Assembly (NCBI GenBank): GCA_964016885.1
Contig: OZ024740.1
Span: 116,312,001-116,376,000, forward strand
DNA from: Eledone cirrhosa
Taxonomy: Eukaryota
Reading direction: 5' to 3'
DNA: 64,000 nt
Within the stretch, counting starts at the first letter, position 1. Each line of letters starts with the position of its first letter. Both the position numbers and the translations under genes were made by a program. Shown in pieces: positions 28,781 through 41,458 of this stretch. The notes under the pieces were generated by a model that saw only the letters and a program-made list of their open reading frames with translations, was not told where the DNA came from and made no database searches.

Positions 28781-30076
28781 GTGCGTGTGGGGGGGGGGGT
28801 ATATATGGGTGTATACATATGAATATATATTGGGATATTAATTATATTCATGTCCCTATGGCTTTTTTATGTAATTCATATGTACTAATTGTTGTTGCCG
28901 CTATTATTGGTATTAAGGGTGGTGTATTGTTAGAGCATGCTTTGTGGCATTTAGCTACGATTCTTGACGTTCGGAGTTCAAATCCCTCCGAAATAAAATT
29001 TGTCTTTGACCTTTCCGGGAGTGATAAAAATAAAGTACCAGTGAAGTACTGGGTTCGATAGAACTGACTTCGCCTTACCTCAAAATTGTTGGTTTTGTGT
29101 CTAAATTAGAAATCATTGTTATCAGTTAATCAAGGATAGTGGATTGGCAGTATCGGTAGAGCGTCGGTCAATATACCTTGTGACAAACAGTTACGGCCTT
29201 TGCGTTCTGATTTCAAATTCCGCCGAGGTTAGCTTTGCCTTTCATCCTTACGGGCTCGATAAAATAAAGTACCAGTGATGCACTGGGGGCGTCGATTTAA
29301 TGTGGCACTGAGAATTGAACTTATGACCGTACGCTTGTGAGTCGAACACCTTAACCAGTAAGTCACGTGCCTTCACATTAACTAATGTTTAAACAATTTA
29401 ACTGACAGCGTATGCCTGGTGTTGCTGACTTCACATAAGATGAATGGGGGCATAACTACCTTCTACGGCGTGATTGTCGTGGTGGCGGCGGTGGCGATGG
29501 TGGTACCAGTGGGGATGATGGTGTGTGCCATATTGGTGGTGATGATGATGATAAGGATAATAATGAGAATTGTGAGGCTGGTGGTGATGATATTGTTATT
29601 GATGATTACGAGGGGGAGGAGGAAAATAAAATATTTATATTACAGAACTCCTGTGTTTCCAAAATACTGTACAGATGTTATGAATATATCTAAGATATTT
29701 CTGAGCAAATCTAAATGTGTACGACCTTGTTGTAATGTGTGTATGCATATACTTGAATGCGCTGAAAATTTCTCGGCTGAACCCATTTCCCACAGCTCTT
29801 GAACAGGCTGTCTATATATATATATATATATATATAGGAAAACGTATGACCCCGACGGCAGAGCACAAGCCGTTTCGGCGGCTATTTCTGGACTAAATTA
29901 GAATTTTTAGCATGGTAAATCAATAGCCGAACTTGTCAAGGGGTACTTCCTTATATGGGAAGATTGTAGTTGTTGAGAGGATTGGTTAAAATTTGTTGTA
30001 AACACAAATAAGTCTATTATGGCATTTGTACTCTGGTGCGTTATGGTCCATCTGGTTCCTTACCACAATTCCTTCG

Positions 30077-30118
<42 letters not shown>

Positions 30119-30673
30119 GTGTCTGTGTCTATGTGTCAGTACGCACTGGTGTGTATATATACGTATAAACCGTAGTGATTTCCAGAATTTGATTGAGAAG
30201 ATAAGACTGTCCGTCTTTCCGTTGTTTTTTCATTGTCTTTGTCCTGTGCGCCCCCTATATTGAATATATATATATATATATACATAAATGTGTGTGTGTA
30301 TGTGCCTGTTTATTCATATGTATATGTTTGTGTGTGTATGGGAGAGAGGGAGAGAGAGAGAGAGGGAGAGAGTGAGAATTTGCCAACGATTCATGCTTTT
30401 TAAATTACATAATAGAAAAAAAATTGGAAATACTTTTCTAAAATCAAATTACTGAAAATGTTTCTTAATGTTACAAGGCGGATCTTCCAAAATAGCACAA
30501 TATAAATATTCATTTAAAATGTATTTATATAATGAAACACTATAGTTTATATAACACACTGTTAAATATATGGTTGAAGTAATAGGAGTGATTCACTTGA
30601 CATGAACGGGATTTGAACTCAGAATACATAGATCCTGAACGAATCTTGCAAAATATTGTATCCGACACTCAAA

Positions 30674-30889
30674 AGATTCCATTGATTCGTCGCCTTATTA
30701 ATAATTATTCCCGGATAAAAGGTGATGCCGGATTATCAGTTACCGGAAAATCGGTGTCGTACTTGTATCTGAATTAAAAATCAAATGCACGAACCTTTTG
30801 GTTATTGTAACTGTTATGTACATAATTCCTATAAAAAAAGTCCATCCATACTATAGGAGACAAGGAAAGATGTAACCCATTCAACACCA
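30674..30889 (-). repeat. Inverted duplicate of exon B 3' part, its donor site and downstream intron (34578-34789)
   Basis: Reverse complement aligns with ~15 mismatches and one 4-nt insertion by manual count. Confidence 0.93.
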
Positions 30890-31037
30890 ACAGAAAGGAA
30901 TTCCTTTCTTTTGAAAGGAGGTGCTAACTGGAAAATATCGTAAATTATATGGTAAAATTGTGAACTGTTGTTTTGTTTGTTTTTTTACTTTATTCTACTT
31001 TAGTTTTCATATACATTTAATCCTTTTTGTTTTACAG

Positions 31038-31243
31038 TATGTACCATGAACGGTCCTCTTGGGATGTCTACTGGTACCATCAAAGACTTCCAAATCAAAA
31101 GTTCCAACAGCTATCCACAAGTCTGGGACAAATTTTGCCATGAAAAATATGCACGAGTGTTCATGCCGAACAAATATGGTTGGTGTGCTAAATATAAGTC
31201 ACCATCAGAATGGTTGATGGTTGATCTTGGTGTTGCTGCAAAG
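31038..31243 (+). CDS. Exon A: start of discoidin domain 1
   Basis: tttacag|TA TGT ACC ATG...GCA AAG|gtattt; CTMNGPLGMSTGTIKDFQIKSS...GWCAKYKSPSEWLMVDLG, typical FA58C N-terminus. Confidence 0.93.
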
Positions 31244-32914
31244 GTATTTCAATTTATGATTCAATATTTTTTATAACATAATGTAACCCATAAAATAAAA
31301 CGCTTATGATTTTCAAATATTTTGATAATCAAGAAATTGAAGCGACTTAGTAATATAACTTTTTTAATATTAAGCTAAGTTTCTTGGAGCACAGTTGCGA
31401 AAGGTTTTAAGATAAAATTATAATTGAAGGGTTTTAGATAGATATAAACATTTTAAGACAAATAGTTTTGAATCGCAAAACAATGGGCGGTTTTATGTGG
31501 TTTGATATCAGAAAGGTTAAGTTGGTGTTTGGAGCATAACTTAACAAAAGTTCTTGCATAGGATTATAATTGTTTCTACTTTTTGGCACAAGGCCAACAA
31601 TTATCCCAGTGCATTACTGGTACTTTATTCTATCGACCCCGTAAGGATGAAAGGCAAAGTCAACCTCGGCGGGATTTGAACTCAGATCGTAAAGGGACGT
31701 AACTATGCTGGAAAGCATGGCGTCCGACCCTCTACCGATACTGCCAATCCAGTCATAATGAAAGGTGATTAGATAAGTATAAACAAGTATATAAGTATAA
31801 ACATGTTAAAGCGAATCATTTTGTATCATAGAACCAGAAACGGTTTCATATTAAAAGGGTTAAATCATAGTTCTTTTTTTTTTTTTGTTTTGTTTTTTTG
31901 ACGATGGGCGTATTTACATTAATGTACGGTCGTGTAAATCAAATAGGGTTTCTTTTGCAAATTCTACATCTGTGTGCTTGTCATCTACCGAGTCTAGGGG
32001 CCGATGCTAATCTATGTATGCTGTAATTGTGTTTGTAGGAGCCAATTCGGGAACCAATAATGATGTGAAGACGCCTTGGTTCGCTATAGGAATTTTTTTC
32101 TTAATAGCTCCTTCTAAATAACTCATTATTGTAGTAAGGACCTGCATAGGTGAATATCTGTCTATTGAAAGTCAGGTTGTTTGAAATTGAACAATGATTG
32201 TTGTAACCTTTATAACGACAGCATCGTCAGTGACTGATAATAATGGTGATAAAGGAATGAGAAAAAATGACAAAATATATAACTACCTAATATATTAACT
32301 TGATTCTTAATTTTATTTTTGAATCCACGTGTTATAGTGTTCTACTTAGTGTTTTTACCAGGGACGGAACTTCGGTGTTCTAGCTCCTTAGACAAGCCCA
32401 TCAAGGTGCGGGTCCTTCTCCCAAATAAACTAATTACAATTTACAGTTTGGTTAGCTGACGAATATAGGTTTTGATACTTCTTGCTCCGACCAAACTAAA
32501 AAATTGTATAAGCCTGCATTTTCTATTACACGATCCACACACTCCCACGCCAGATATTATCACAGCGCTGATACGCAACAAAGATGTTTGTGATTTATTT
32601 ATTGATCGAAAGAAATTATTATATATTAGATTTAATTATACAAATTTGTATAAAACTGTGAATCTTTAATGCTCAGTAACGTGCCTCTCAGTGTGGTTCA
32701 GCAATTCGCTTCTTTGTTGTCTGTGCCCTAGGCGGCAGACAAGTCAGCCTTAATGGCAGAGCCAACGCTGTTCCTATATATAAAATTTATTAATTATGAA
32801 GAGCTGAAATTTCACAAGTCACTACTCAGTTCTGAATAAATATTTTCCACTCTATTTAACCGATTTCGGTACATTTTTCGCCCATTTGTATATACAGCGT
32901 GTATCTTTTTCTCC

Positions 32915-32973
<59 letters not shown>

Positions 32974-33949
32974 GCATGAGTGTGTGTATATAGACATATA
33001 TTCTAGTAAAGGATGTATAACATACGATTTGGGGACGTGAAAAATCACAAATAATTAGTGAAATAATTAAATATGAATTAATTAAAGGAGTGAAATTTGT
33101 CGATAACATACTTCAAAGCTTGGTAGAATATAGTAATTAAACTTATAAATGAACTTGCTTGACGGAAATGCTAAAGTTAAATATTACACTAAGTACATTA
33201 CTGTTCAAATATAGGTAGGATGGTGCAGTTGACATCCGGACTTGCTACTCTTTAGTATCCGGTTTTGGGGCACAACAAAATATCGGTCAACCGTGCTATA
33301 TAGGACTTCAGTGTCGTTAAAATATTCACCCATAATACAGTGAACCATTTGGCAAAGAACATTGGTAACAATGTGGTTATATATTTTTTTTTTAATCAAT
33401 TGGTAACGAATAAAATCATGACTGAACAATGTCTATACAAAAATTACAAATCAAAAACTAAGGTTATGAAAGATCCATTCGATTCGTTCATGCGAATTCT
33501 GTGTACACGCAATTTAGTGTATTACTTGGCTAGCTTCATATTTATTTGGCTTCACTTTATAAATGGTGTTTGTCCTGTAAGCATTTATTTTGTGCCCCTC
33601 GATAATTAAGTGATTGTTAAATAAGTTTACACACTTAAATAAATGATGTGCATTAAAAAAGACAAAATACGTTAAGAAAACGATAAATCGAAAGCGAATT
33701 TTTTCTTTCACTTTAATCATTCTTGTATTTACTGTACAATTATAATATTGTTTTTATTATAGGCCGTTAATTTTATTTATAATTTGTATTATATATTTTT
33801 ACAAGAACGCTTTGGGTGTAAATATTTGGTTTATATATACTTATATATTAATTGATGTGGTAACGAATAGTGGCATAGAACGAATTAGATTCGTGTTGTG
33901 TGCAACACACAACAAACAAATGCAAGATGGTGTAGGACAGAACAAATTA

Positions 33950-33992
33950 GTCACTGAGGAGGTCACAGAATATGTGACGAAAGAGCTTTGAC
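33950..33992 (+). ncRNA. Minimal hammerhead ribozyme, family B
   Basis: GUCA-CUGAGGA-G-GUCAC agaauau GUGAC-GAAA-GAGC-UU-UGAC. Confidence 0.75.
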
Positions 33993-34082
33993 AATAAATA
34001 AACAACCATCGGGTTATTAAACTAACCAGCCGGAAATTTATGATAAATTGAAGTGTATTTTTATTGGCAGCATGATCCCTCC

Positions 34083-34126
<44 letters not shown>

Positions 34127-34169
34127 AAATGGCGGGTGGGAGCGGCCACAGTCATTTTTGTGTAATAAT

Positions 34170-34357
34170 TGTTTCTACTTTAGGCACAAGGCCAGCAATT
34201 ACCCAGTGCATTACTGGTACTTTATTTTATCGACCCCGTAAGGATGAAAGGCAAAGTCAACTTCGGTGGGATTTGAACTCAGATCGTAAAGGGACGTAAC
34301 TATGCTGGAAAGCATGGTGTCCGACCCTCTACCGATACTGCCAATCCACCGCCCTTG
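34170..34357 (-). mobile_element. SINE family 1, with TSD gtgtaataat
   Basis: Reverse complement of the family consensus; TSD at 34160 and 34358. Confidence 0.8.
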
Positions 34358-34545
34358 GTGTAATAATAAAAGGCAATTGTCCGCTATATGATAGGTGTGT
34401 GGTTGGATTCCTTGGGGTAGTACTGTCCACTTTTTTCTGTCTCCAGGTGTATTTTACTTATTCTATTATTATTCATTGTTCATCTGCTTTGTAGCGGCTT
34501 TTGAAAAAGCAAACATATTTTATGTATATATGTGTTTCTTTCTAG

Positions 34546-34668
34546 GTAACTGGAGTTATGACCCAAGGGCGTGGTGATGGTACTGAATGGGTTACATCTT
34601 TCCTTGTCTCCTATAGTATGGACTCTTTTGATTGGAATTATGTACATGACAGTTACAATAACCAAAAG
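34546..34668 (+). CDS. Exon B: discoidin domain 1 middle
   Basis: ttctag|GTA ACT GGA...CAA AAG|gttcgt; VTGVMTQGRGDGTEWVTSFLVSYSMDSFDWNYVHDSYNNQK (TQGR..WVTSF motif). Confidence 0.93.
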
Positions 34669-34703
34669 GTTCGTGCAGTTGATTTTCAATTCAGATACAA
34701 GTA

Positions 34704-35265
34704 CGACACCGATTTTCCGGCAACTGATAATCCGGCATCACCTTTTATCGGGGTATAATTATGAATAAGACGACGAATCAACAGAATCTATCGAAGTCAA
34801 TAAATAAGTACCAGCTGAATACTGGACTCGATTTTCTCTCACCCCACTTTTTCCTCACTCCCCTCTATCCCTTCCACTCTGTCTTCTCTCTCCTCTATGT
34901 TTCTCCTCTCTTCTCCTCCCCTCCCAATCTCACTCTCTCCCTCTCTCTCTCTGAGAGTAATCAACTGTGTTTCGACCTGAGAGGGATATATTCCATCAAG
35001 TTTTAAATTCCGAAGACGGCGTTCCTACGATTCCATCCAGAGTTCAGCGCCGATGGATGAATAAAAAAAATAATTATGAGTACTTATTTGAATTCCTTGC
35101 AGCTCGCCAATTATATCTAAGATCATGATATGAGTGTGTGATCTGAGATATAATTTTAAACATTGAGGAATAGACAGTTTTTACGCCTACATTATATATT
35201 TCTGGTGAATTATTATATTGTCTGGTAAAATGGATAATCCGGCGGGTGTCGGAAAATCGGTGTCG
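34704..35265. mobile_element. Tc1/mariner (pogo/Tigger-like) MITE
   Basis: TA|CGACACCGATTTTCCGGCA ... TGTCGGAAAATCGGTGTCG|TA: 19-bp TIR with 1 mismatch, TA flanks. Confidence 0.7.
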
Positions 35266-35919
35266 TAGCTTTATTTAAATTTTGAGTGATTTTTTTAGCA
35301 GAGTCCGCTCTGTGATAAACAGCCAGACAAGTTTCTGGTTGTAGGTGAAGTTAATACATTGATGTTTTGCTCCTTAATACTGCAATCAGTGAGTCTAATC
35401 TCAGCGAGCTTTAATAAAGGTCCCGAGCGCTGTCCCCCTTTCTCTGACCAAGAAATAGAGCAAAAAAAAAAAAAATGGAATTATTTGTAGAAATGTAATT
35501 AGAAGACATATTTTCTATAATTAATACTAATTTGTTTTGAATATTTTGTTAAAAGATATGTGTTTTTAGACATTCTATGATAAATTTAATGGGATGTAAC
35601 CCAATTCTTTTACAAGCCATGCTGAGAATAGCTAAACAAATGTAAATACATTTCTCTATTCTCTTCGTACAAAAAAGAATATAGTAATTGCTTTTCCCGT
35701 TCCATAGAGTTATTGGGACTCCATCAAAAGACAATACCTCTAACCTCTAATGATAGTAGATCGCTATTCAAGTCTACAAAACAACTGAAATGGTCAGTCT
35801 ATTTTACATAACAGACATTTGTTAGATATATATGATTAGTTAAGCAATAAAATCTGTTTATTGATTTGTTGGTTTGATTATTTTTTTTATTGTTTTAATG
35901 ATTTATCTATTGTGTTTAG

Positions 35920-36058
35920 GTGTTCGAAGGCAATATTGATTCGTATTCTGTGAGGCACTCCTATTTCGATCAACCGATATTGGCCCGTTACATCAAATTC
36001 CACACTGTCAGCTGGAATAAACACCCTAGCATGCGTGTGGAGATACTGGGATGTCAAT
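35920..36058 (+). CDS. Exon C: discoidin domain 1 end
   Basis: tttag|GTG TTC GAA GGC AAT...CAA T|gtaagt; VFEGNIDSYSVRHSYFDQPILARYIKFHTVSWNKHPSMRVEILGCQ. Confidence 0.93.
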
Positions 36059-36559
36059 GTAAGTTAACAAATATTTTTTAGTACTGCTATTATATTACAA
36101 AATACGATTGGCAGCATCGGTAGAGAATCGGACAACATGCTTTGTGGCATAGAATTACGACCCTTTACGTTATGAGTTCAAATCTCGCTGAGGTTAGCTT
36201 TGCCCTACATCCTTAAGCGGTCGATAAAATAAAGTATCAGTAACACACTGTGGTTACTGATACTTTAATTGACTTCCATCGCCCCTAAAATCACTGACAT
36301 TGTGCCTAAATCAGAAACTATTATTATTTTATCCCAAAATTAAATCCTGATTAATTGTTATTGTGAAGATGGGAGAGTAATTATTTGTATTGTCCAGTTC
36401 CATCTTCTTCCATCTTAGTAACTCAATGACTATTCTATTGTTTATATATATATATGGTGAGTGCTCCAATTATTCGATTAGCGGAGCAGCCTGCTCGCGA
36501 AATTGAGTTTCACTCACAAGGCATGAGTCGGTGGGAAGCTATAGTAAATGACACGTTAA

Positions 36560-37560
36560 TTGACTGAAAGATAAATAAAATAGGTTGTTTATGTACAGAT
36601 GGGTGGCATAACTGTTAATAGAATATGGGCAGGAGAGATGACAGTCGACTTGTGTTGCATTGGTACAATCTGATAAGGAATTTCTAATGCAAGAGGTGAG
36701 CTATGAGAAGAGGCATTAAGTGAGCAGCTTGCCTGAAGATCTTTGCATTAGATACGCCCCAATCATTTGTTGATGTCAAGAGCTATATGAAAACTAATCT
36801 TTCCTGAGAATCGAGCTCTCTGTAGAACAAGTTAGTTTGGCATAATAAACCGAGAAGTAAGATAACACTGAGTGTCTTCATGATATTTAATTTAAAAAAT
36901 TATTAAATTCAATACGTTTATACAGATTAAGCAATCTATCCAGATGTCTGATATTTTTGTCGTAATGGTACAGACCTACACCGCAGAAAATTAAGGAGTG
37001 AAATCTTTTTAGAATAGTTGGTGAGAAAAGATTTTAATAATAAAATTAAACATAAAAAAAGCATTAGGTGAGCATCTTGCCTGAAGATCTTCGCATTAGA
37101 CACGTTCCTAGGATTTGTTGATGTCAAGAGCTGTAACAACTCTGAACTCTCTTGAGATCAGGCTCTCTGTAGGTGAACGAGTTAGTTTAGCCTCATAAAC
37201 CCAGAAGTGGGATAATACTCGGAGAATATAATATTGAAAAACTTGAAAGGAATATGAGAAACAGAAGAGAAGTAAAATAGGGAAAGGAGATTTTTAAAAA
37301 AACAGATTTAGACAGTGTTTCCTCAGAGATAGATAAAGCAGATCAAAGGAGAAAAGAAGAAAGACTAAAAGAAAAGGTGAAGTAAAAGCGAAGCAGATTT
37401 TTTGTCAAGTACAGAGGCTGTTGGCGTAACTGTGATGGGATTATAAAGGCTTAAACAAAAGAGGAAAATAGAACCAGATGAGATAAAAATAGTTTTGAGT
37501 GAACTGGATAGGGAAGTAGGAGAGGAAGTGAATCTACGAGCAGACTCAAAGAACACGCTT
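36560..37560 (-). mobile_element. Decayed CR1-like LINE RT fragment with internal duplication
   Basis: Minus strand IALDINK.. resembles ALDISKAFD; the segment occurs twice (~36712 and ~37060). Confidence 0.4.
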
Positions 37561-38467
37561 GGATTTATATTTTTTCATAAATATATTTCCCTTTCCATTA
37601 CCTCATTTGATATAAGTTTAGAACCAGTAATATGAGACTAATAGACACTGATAGACACATTTGACTGGTTTCTTAAAAGTATGTGATGATGAGGGTAATG
37701 GATCCTCCATTGGTTTCAACGATGAGCATACATATGTTCGTTCAACTGAACGTACTACTCGTTAAATTAACATAATCGTGACTCAGTATTCTGCAGACAT
37801 GTGTACTCGTAACGTAATTCTTAAACCGAATCAACGTAAGATAATATGTGACAAAGCTGGACCTTTTGATGACAGGTATAATCAATCTGATAGGCCTCCG
37901 TAGTTTCTTTACTCAATTTAACTCATGAAGCTATGGCAAAAGATATTTGTTCATGGTGCCATGCGTTGATAATGAACTCTCGACCTCATGGTTACGAAGC
38001 CTACGTGATAATAACATTATCACTCGACAAGTGTTCCAGATGTTTGATCAACTGAATGGCTTGTTTGTTATATTAACATGTAACTGGCTGAGTACTCCAC
38101 TGAAACATCTAACCCCAGCCTCATTCTCAGGCTGGTCATATGAATCTCAGACACAGCCATCCAACCGGCTCCCAAATAGTGTATGTCTACTAAATTTCAT
38201 GTGCACGGTTTTGGATTGACCCGAGGCTGTGGTAAAATACATTTTCCCGAAATGTCACGCAGTGGAATCGAACTCGGCTCATTTTGATTGAAATGCTACA
38301 TTCACTTTATAATGCAATGGAAAAAAGTTTAAGCTAACAAAATACAGTTCTTAAAAATAAAGATTCAACATTTAAATCTCTTGCTGTGGGGCTGTATCAG
38401 TGATCAGGTCACAAATAGTCCGGTAAAAATGTTGAAACTAAGAAATAAATGTAAAGCGAAGTTAACA

Positions 38468-38561
<94 letters not shown>

Positions 38562-38565
38562 GTGC

Positions 38566-38605
<40 letters not shown>

Positions 38606-38695
38606 CTAAAATAACTCTTCTACGACATCATTTCTGAATTAAAAATAGATTGATAAATTCATAAGAAATAATTATTTTTTTCTGTTATTTTCTAG

Positions 38696-38836
38696 TATGT
38701 AAAGAACCAATTGGTCTTCCACCATACGGTAAGATGAGTGCATCTTCCAATTTGTCGTTCAGAAGGAAGAGTTCTTGTCAACCTGAAGATGGAAATATTC
38801 TTAGTAACAAGGCTTGGTGTTCCAGGAAACAAGACA
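38696..38836 (+). CDS. Exon D: discoidin domain 2 start
   Basis: ttctag|TA TGT AAA...GAC A|gtaagt; LCKEPIGLPPYGKMSASSNLSFRRKSSCQPEDGNILSNKAWCSRKQD. Confidence 0.9.
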
Positions 38837-40020
38837 GTAAGTTGGTATATTCTTTTGTGGAAAAATTGAGAAAGGAGAGAGAACTGTAACGTGGTTTCTC
38901 GACCTGTAGAAATAGCAGCTAAATCTTCTCGCAATCATAACAAAATGTCTTAGAAAAGGAGGCATTGGATAATGTGATACCAAGTGTACTGTGCCAGAGA
39001 AAAATGGGATGGTCATGGCTAGAACACCTTTGATCAAAACTGACCAGGACGAATTGGCAGAAGCATGAGAGCGTTGGTGAAAATGGATTGAACCTTCCGT
39101 AGTCGATAGATAAAGTGCAGCGGATTGGTCAAGTCTTTAGAGTGTAGGATAAAATGTCTTTCAGTATTTATTCTGACTATTTGGGTTTTGAGTTCATATC
39201 CCATCTACTTGTGTGGTAGATTTAATCCATTTCCTGGTTTAACACCATCACTTGGCTCATCGGTGACCTTAGCAAAGTCTACTTTATTTATTGTAAACAT
39301 TCGAGCCGAGTCTCCAGTTTTAAATTATTTCCCTTCCTTCCTCCCACCCTCACCTGCCTTGGAGATCCCTGAAATGGACCAGTAGAACTGCCTTTCCTCC
39401 TGAATGATTAAAACAATAACAGCAACAGAAACAACAAACAAAACTTTTAAACCTTTCGTTACATTATTTCTAATGGAATATGTTGCCTATAATTTTCAAA
39501 TAATTTTGAAAATTCTAAAAATTGGAGGGGTTTAGTAATAGAGTTAACATTTTTATTATTTATGTGGAGCATAGCTTAACAAAATTAAAATTAAAATGGG
39601 AGGTTTTATATAAATATAGTCAGTTTAAATCAATCAGTTTTGTATCATAGAACCAAGGGTAGTTTCAGGCGATTTGGTATCAAGAGTTAAACTCTCACCA
39701 GAAACTAGACTTATTTGAGTTATATATATATCATTGATGTAAGCATGTATCTGGTAACGACTGAAAGAAATATATGTTATAAGAAAGACGAATCCATAAG
39801 GCTGTGGGTTCGATTCGTGGACTCAACGATGCGGTGTGTTCTTGAGCAAGAAGCTCCATTTCACGTTGCTTTTCATATAACTGAGACCCCCTATCATTAA
39901 AACACCAGAGAAATCTCCTATGAGATGCAGCTTCCTCTCACCATTCTCACTTTATTTCTATCTTAAATGTTAAACTGATTGGTAAATTAATTACCATTTT
40001 TTATTGTTTTTTCTTAATAG

Positions 40021-40193
40021 AAAAGCAATGGCTGCAGATCGATATTGGCCCACCGACTTTAATCACAGCCATTATTATCAGGGGCAGAGCGGACACCAGG
40101 AGGAAACACTGGGTTACCAAGTTCAATGTAACCTACAGCAATGATACTGAAATATGGTATGGCTACCGAGACGCTCTTCATTTAGCCAGCAAG
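40021..40193 (+). CDS. Exon E: discoidin domain 2 middle
   Basis: taatag|AA AAG CAA TGG...AGC AAG|gtaatt; KQWLQIDIGPPTLITAIIIRGRADTRRKHWVTKFNVTYSNDTEIWYGYRDALHLASK. Confidence 0.92.
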
Positions 40194-41413
40194 GTAATTC
40201 ACACTTACTTTAATAATACACAGAAATAAATTAAACATTTAATCTATGTATAATTTATATATTCATTAAAAAATCTCATCTAACGTATTCAATCAAATAT
40301 CAGACAAAAAGAAAATAATTTACCAGCAAATAATTTCAAGAAAGAACATTATTATCTACATATTAATTTAATGGAAAAGGAAAGGGCATTTAACTCCTGG
40401 TGGAGTTGTATGGTTGCACGGCGTGTCTAAGACATTTTGAACTTGGTGGAGCCCATCACCTTCCAGGTCTGAACGTAGCCGATTTCTTCGAGAGAAGGGG
40501 AGAGAGAGAAAACAAATTAATAAAGAGAAATAAAGGAGGACTCGACCCCAGTACTATATTGGTACTTTATTTATCGACCTCGGTTAAAGGGCAACGTTGA
40601 CTGTGACGAGATTTGAACTCAGAGTGCAGTAGGCCAGAGTAAATAACGAAGCTCTTAATCCAAAGCCGTCGTGATTTTGTAATATAGAGCTGAATACATA
40701 AGATGTTTTGCTTCTCAATTATGAACTCCCGAGTTCGATTCCACTTTGGGATATCTTGGGCAAGTGTCTTGTACCATAGCCGCGAGACAACCCAGACCAT
40801 GAATGAAATTATACAGAAGAAAATGATCGGCTGTCATACACTGTGTCATGCTGAATCTCCCCGAGAATCACATTGAGGGTAAATGTGTCTGTGGAATACT
40901 CAACCACGTACCTGTGATTCAATAACCAGCTTTGTCCCAAACTATGTCACGCTGGTATGTTTAGAGTGTGACTGTGGAACATTCAGCCACTTAACACGTT
41001 GATTTAACGACTAGATCGTTTCGTTGATCGATCGACTGGAATAGTTATCATTAAAACCGATGGACGTTCGTTTACTTTTTAGACCTGTTAACCTCATAGT
41101 TGAAAAGGAAATATTTATATCTGTATTAAGCTTCAATCAGTCTTATCTCCAATCGAAACATAGTGTAGATGTAAATATCGAAAAGTATTCGTTTCTAATT
41201 ATGATGCTTAATAGATCGATATTTGATATTAATGTTATCTATTGAAATTATATTTTATATTATTTAAAATGATTGATATTCAATAATTAAGAATTTTAAA
41301 AGTTATTTGTTTGTATATGGGTTTATAACACACACACACACTCCTCTCTCTCTCTCTATATATATATATATATCTAACTCTCTCTCTATCTATCTATCTT
41401 TTTCTTTCTCTCT

Positions 41414-41458
<45 letters not shown>

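Noticed and set aside
29419-29802. Hydrophobic 127-aa ORF upstream of exon A
   Set aside because: Derived from degenerate (GTG)/(GAT) trinucleotide repeats; no convincing splice sites.
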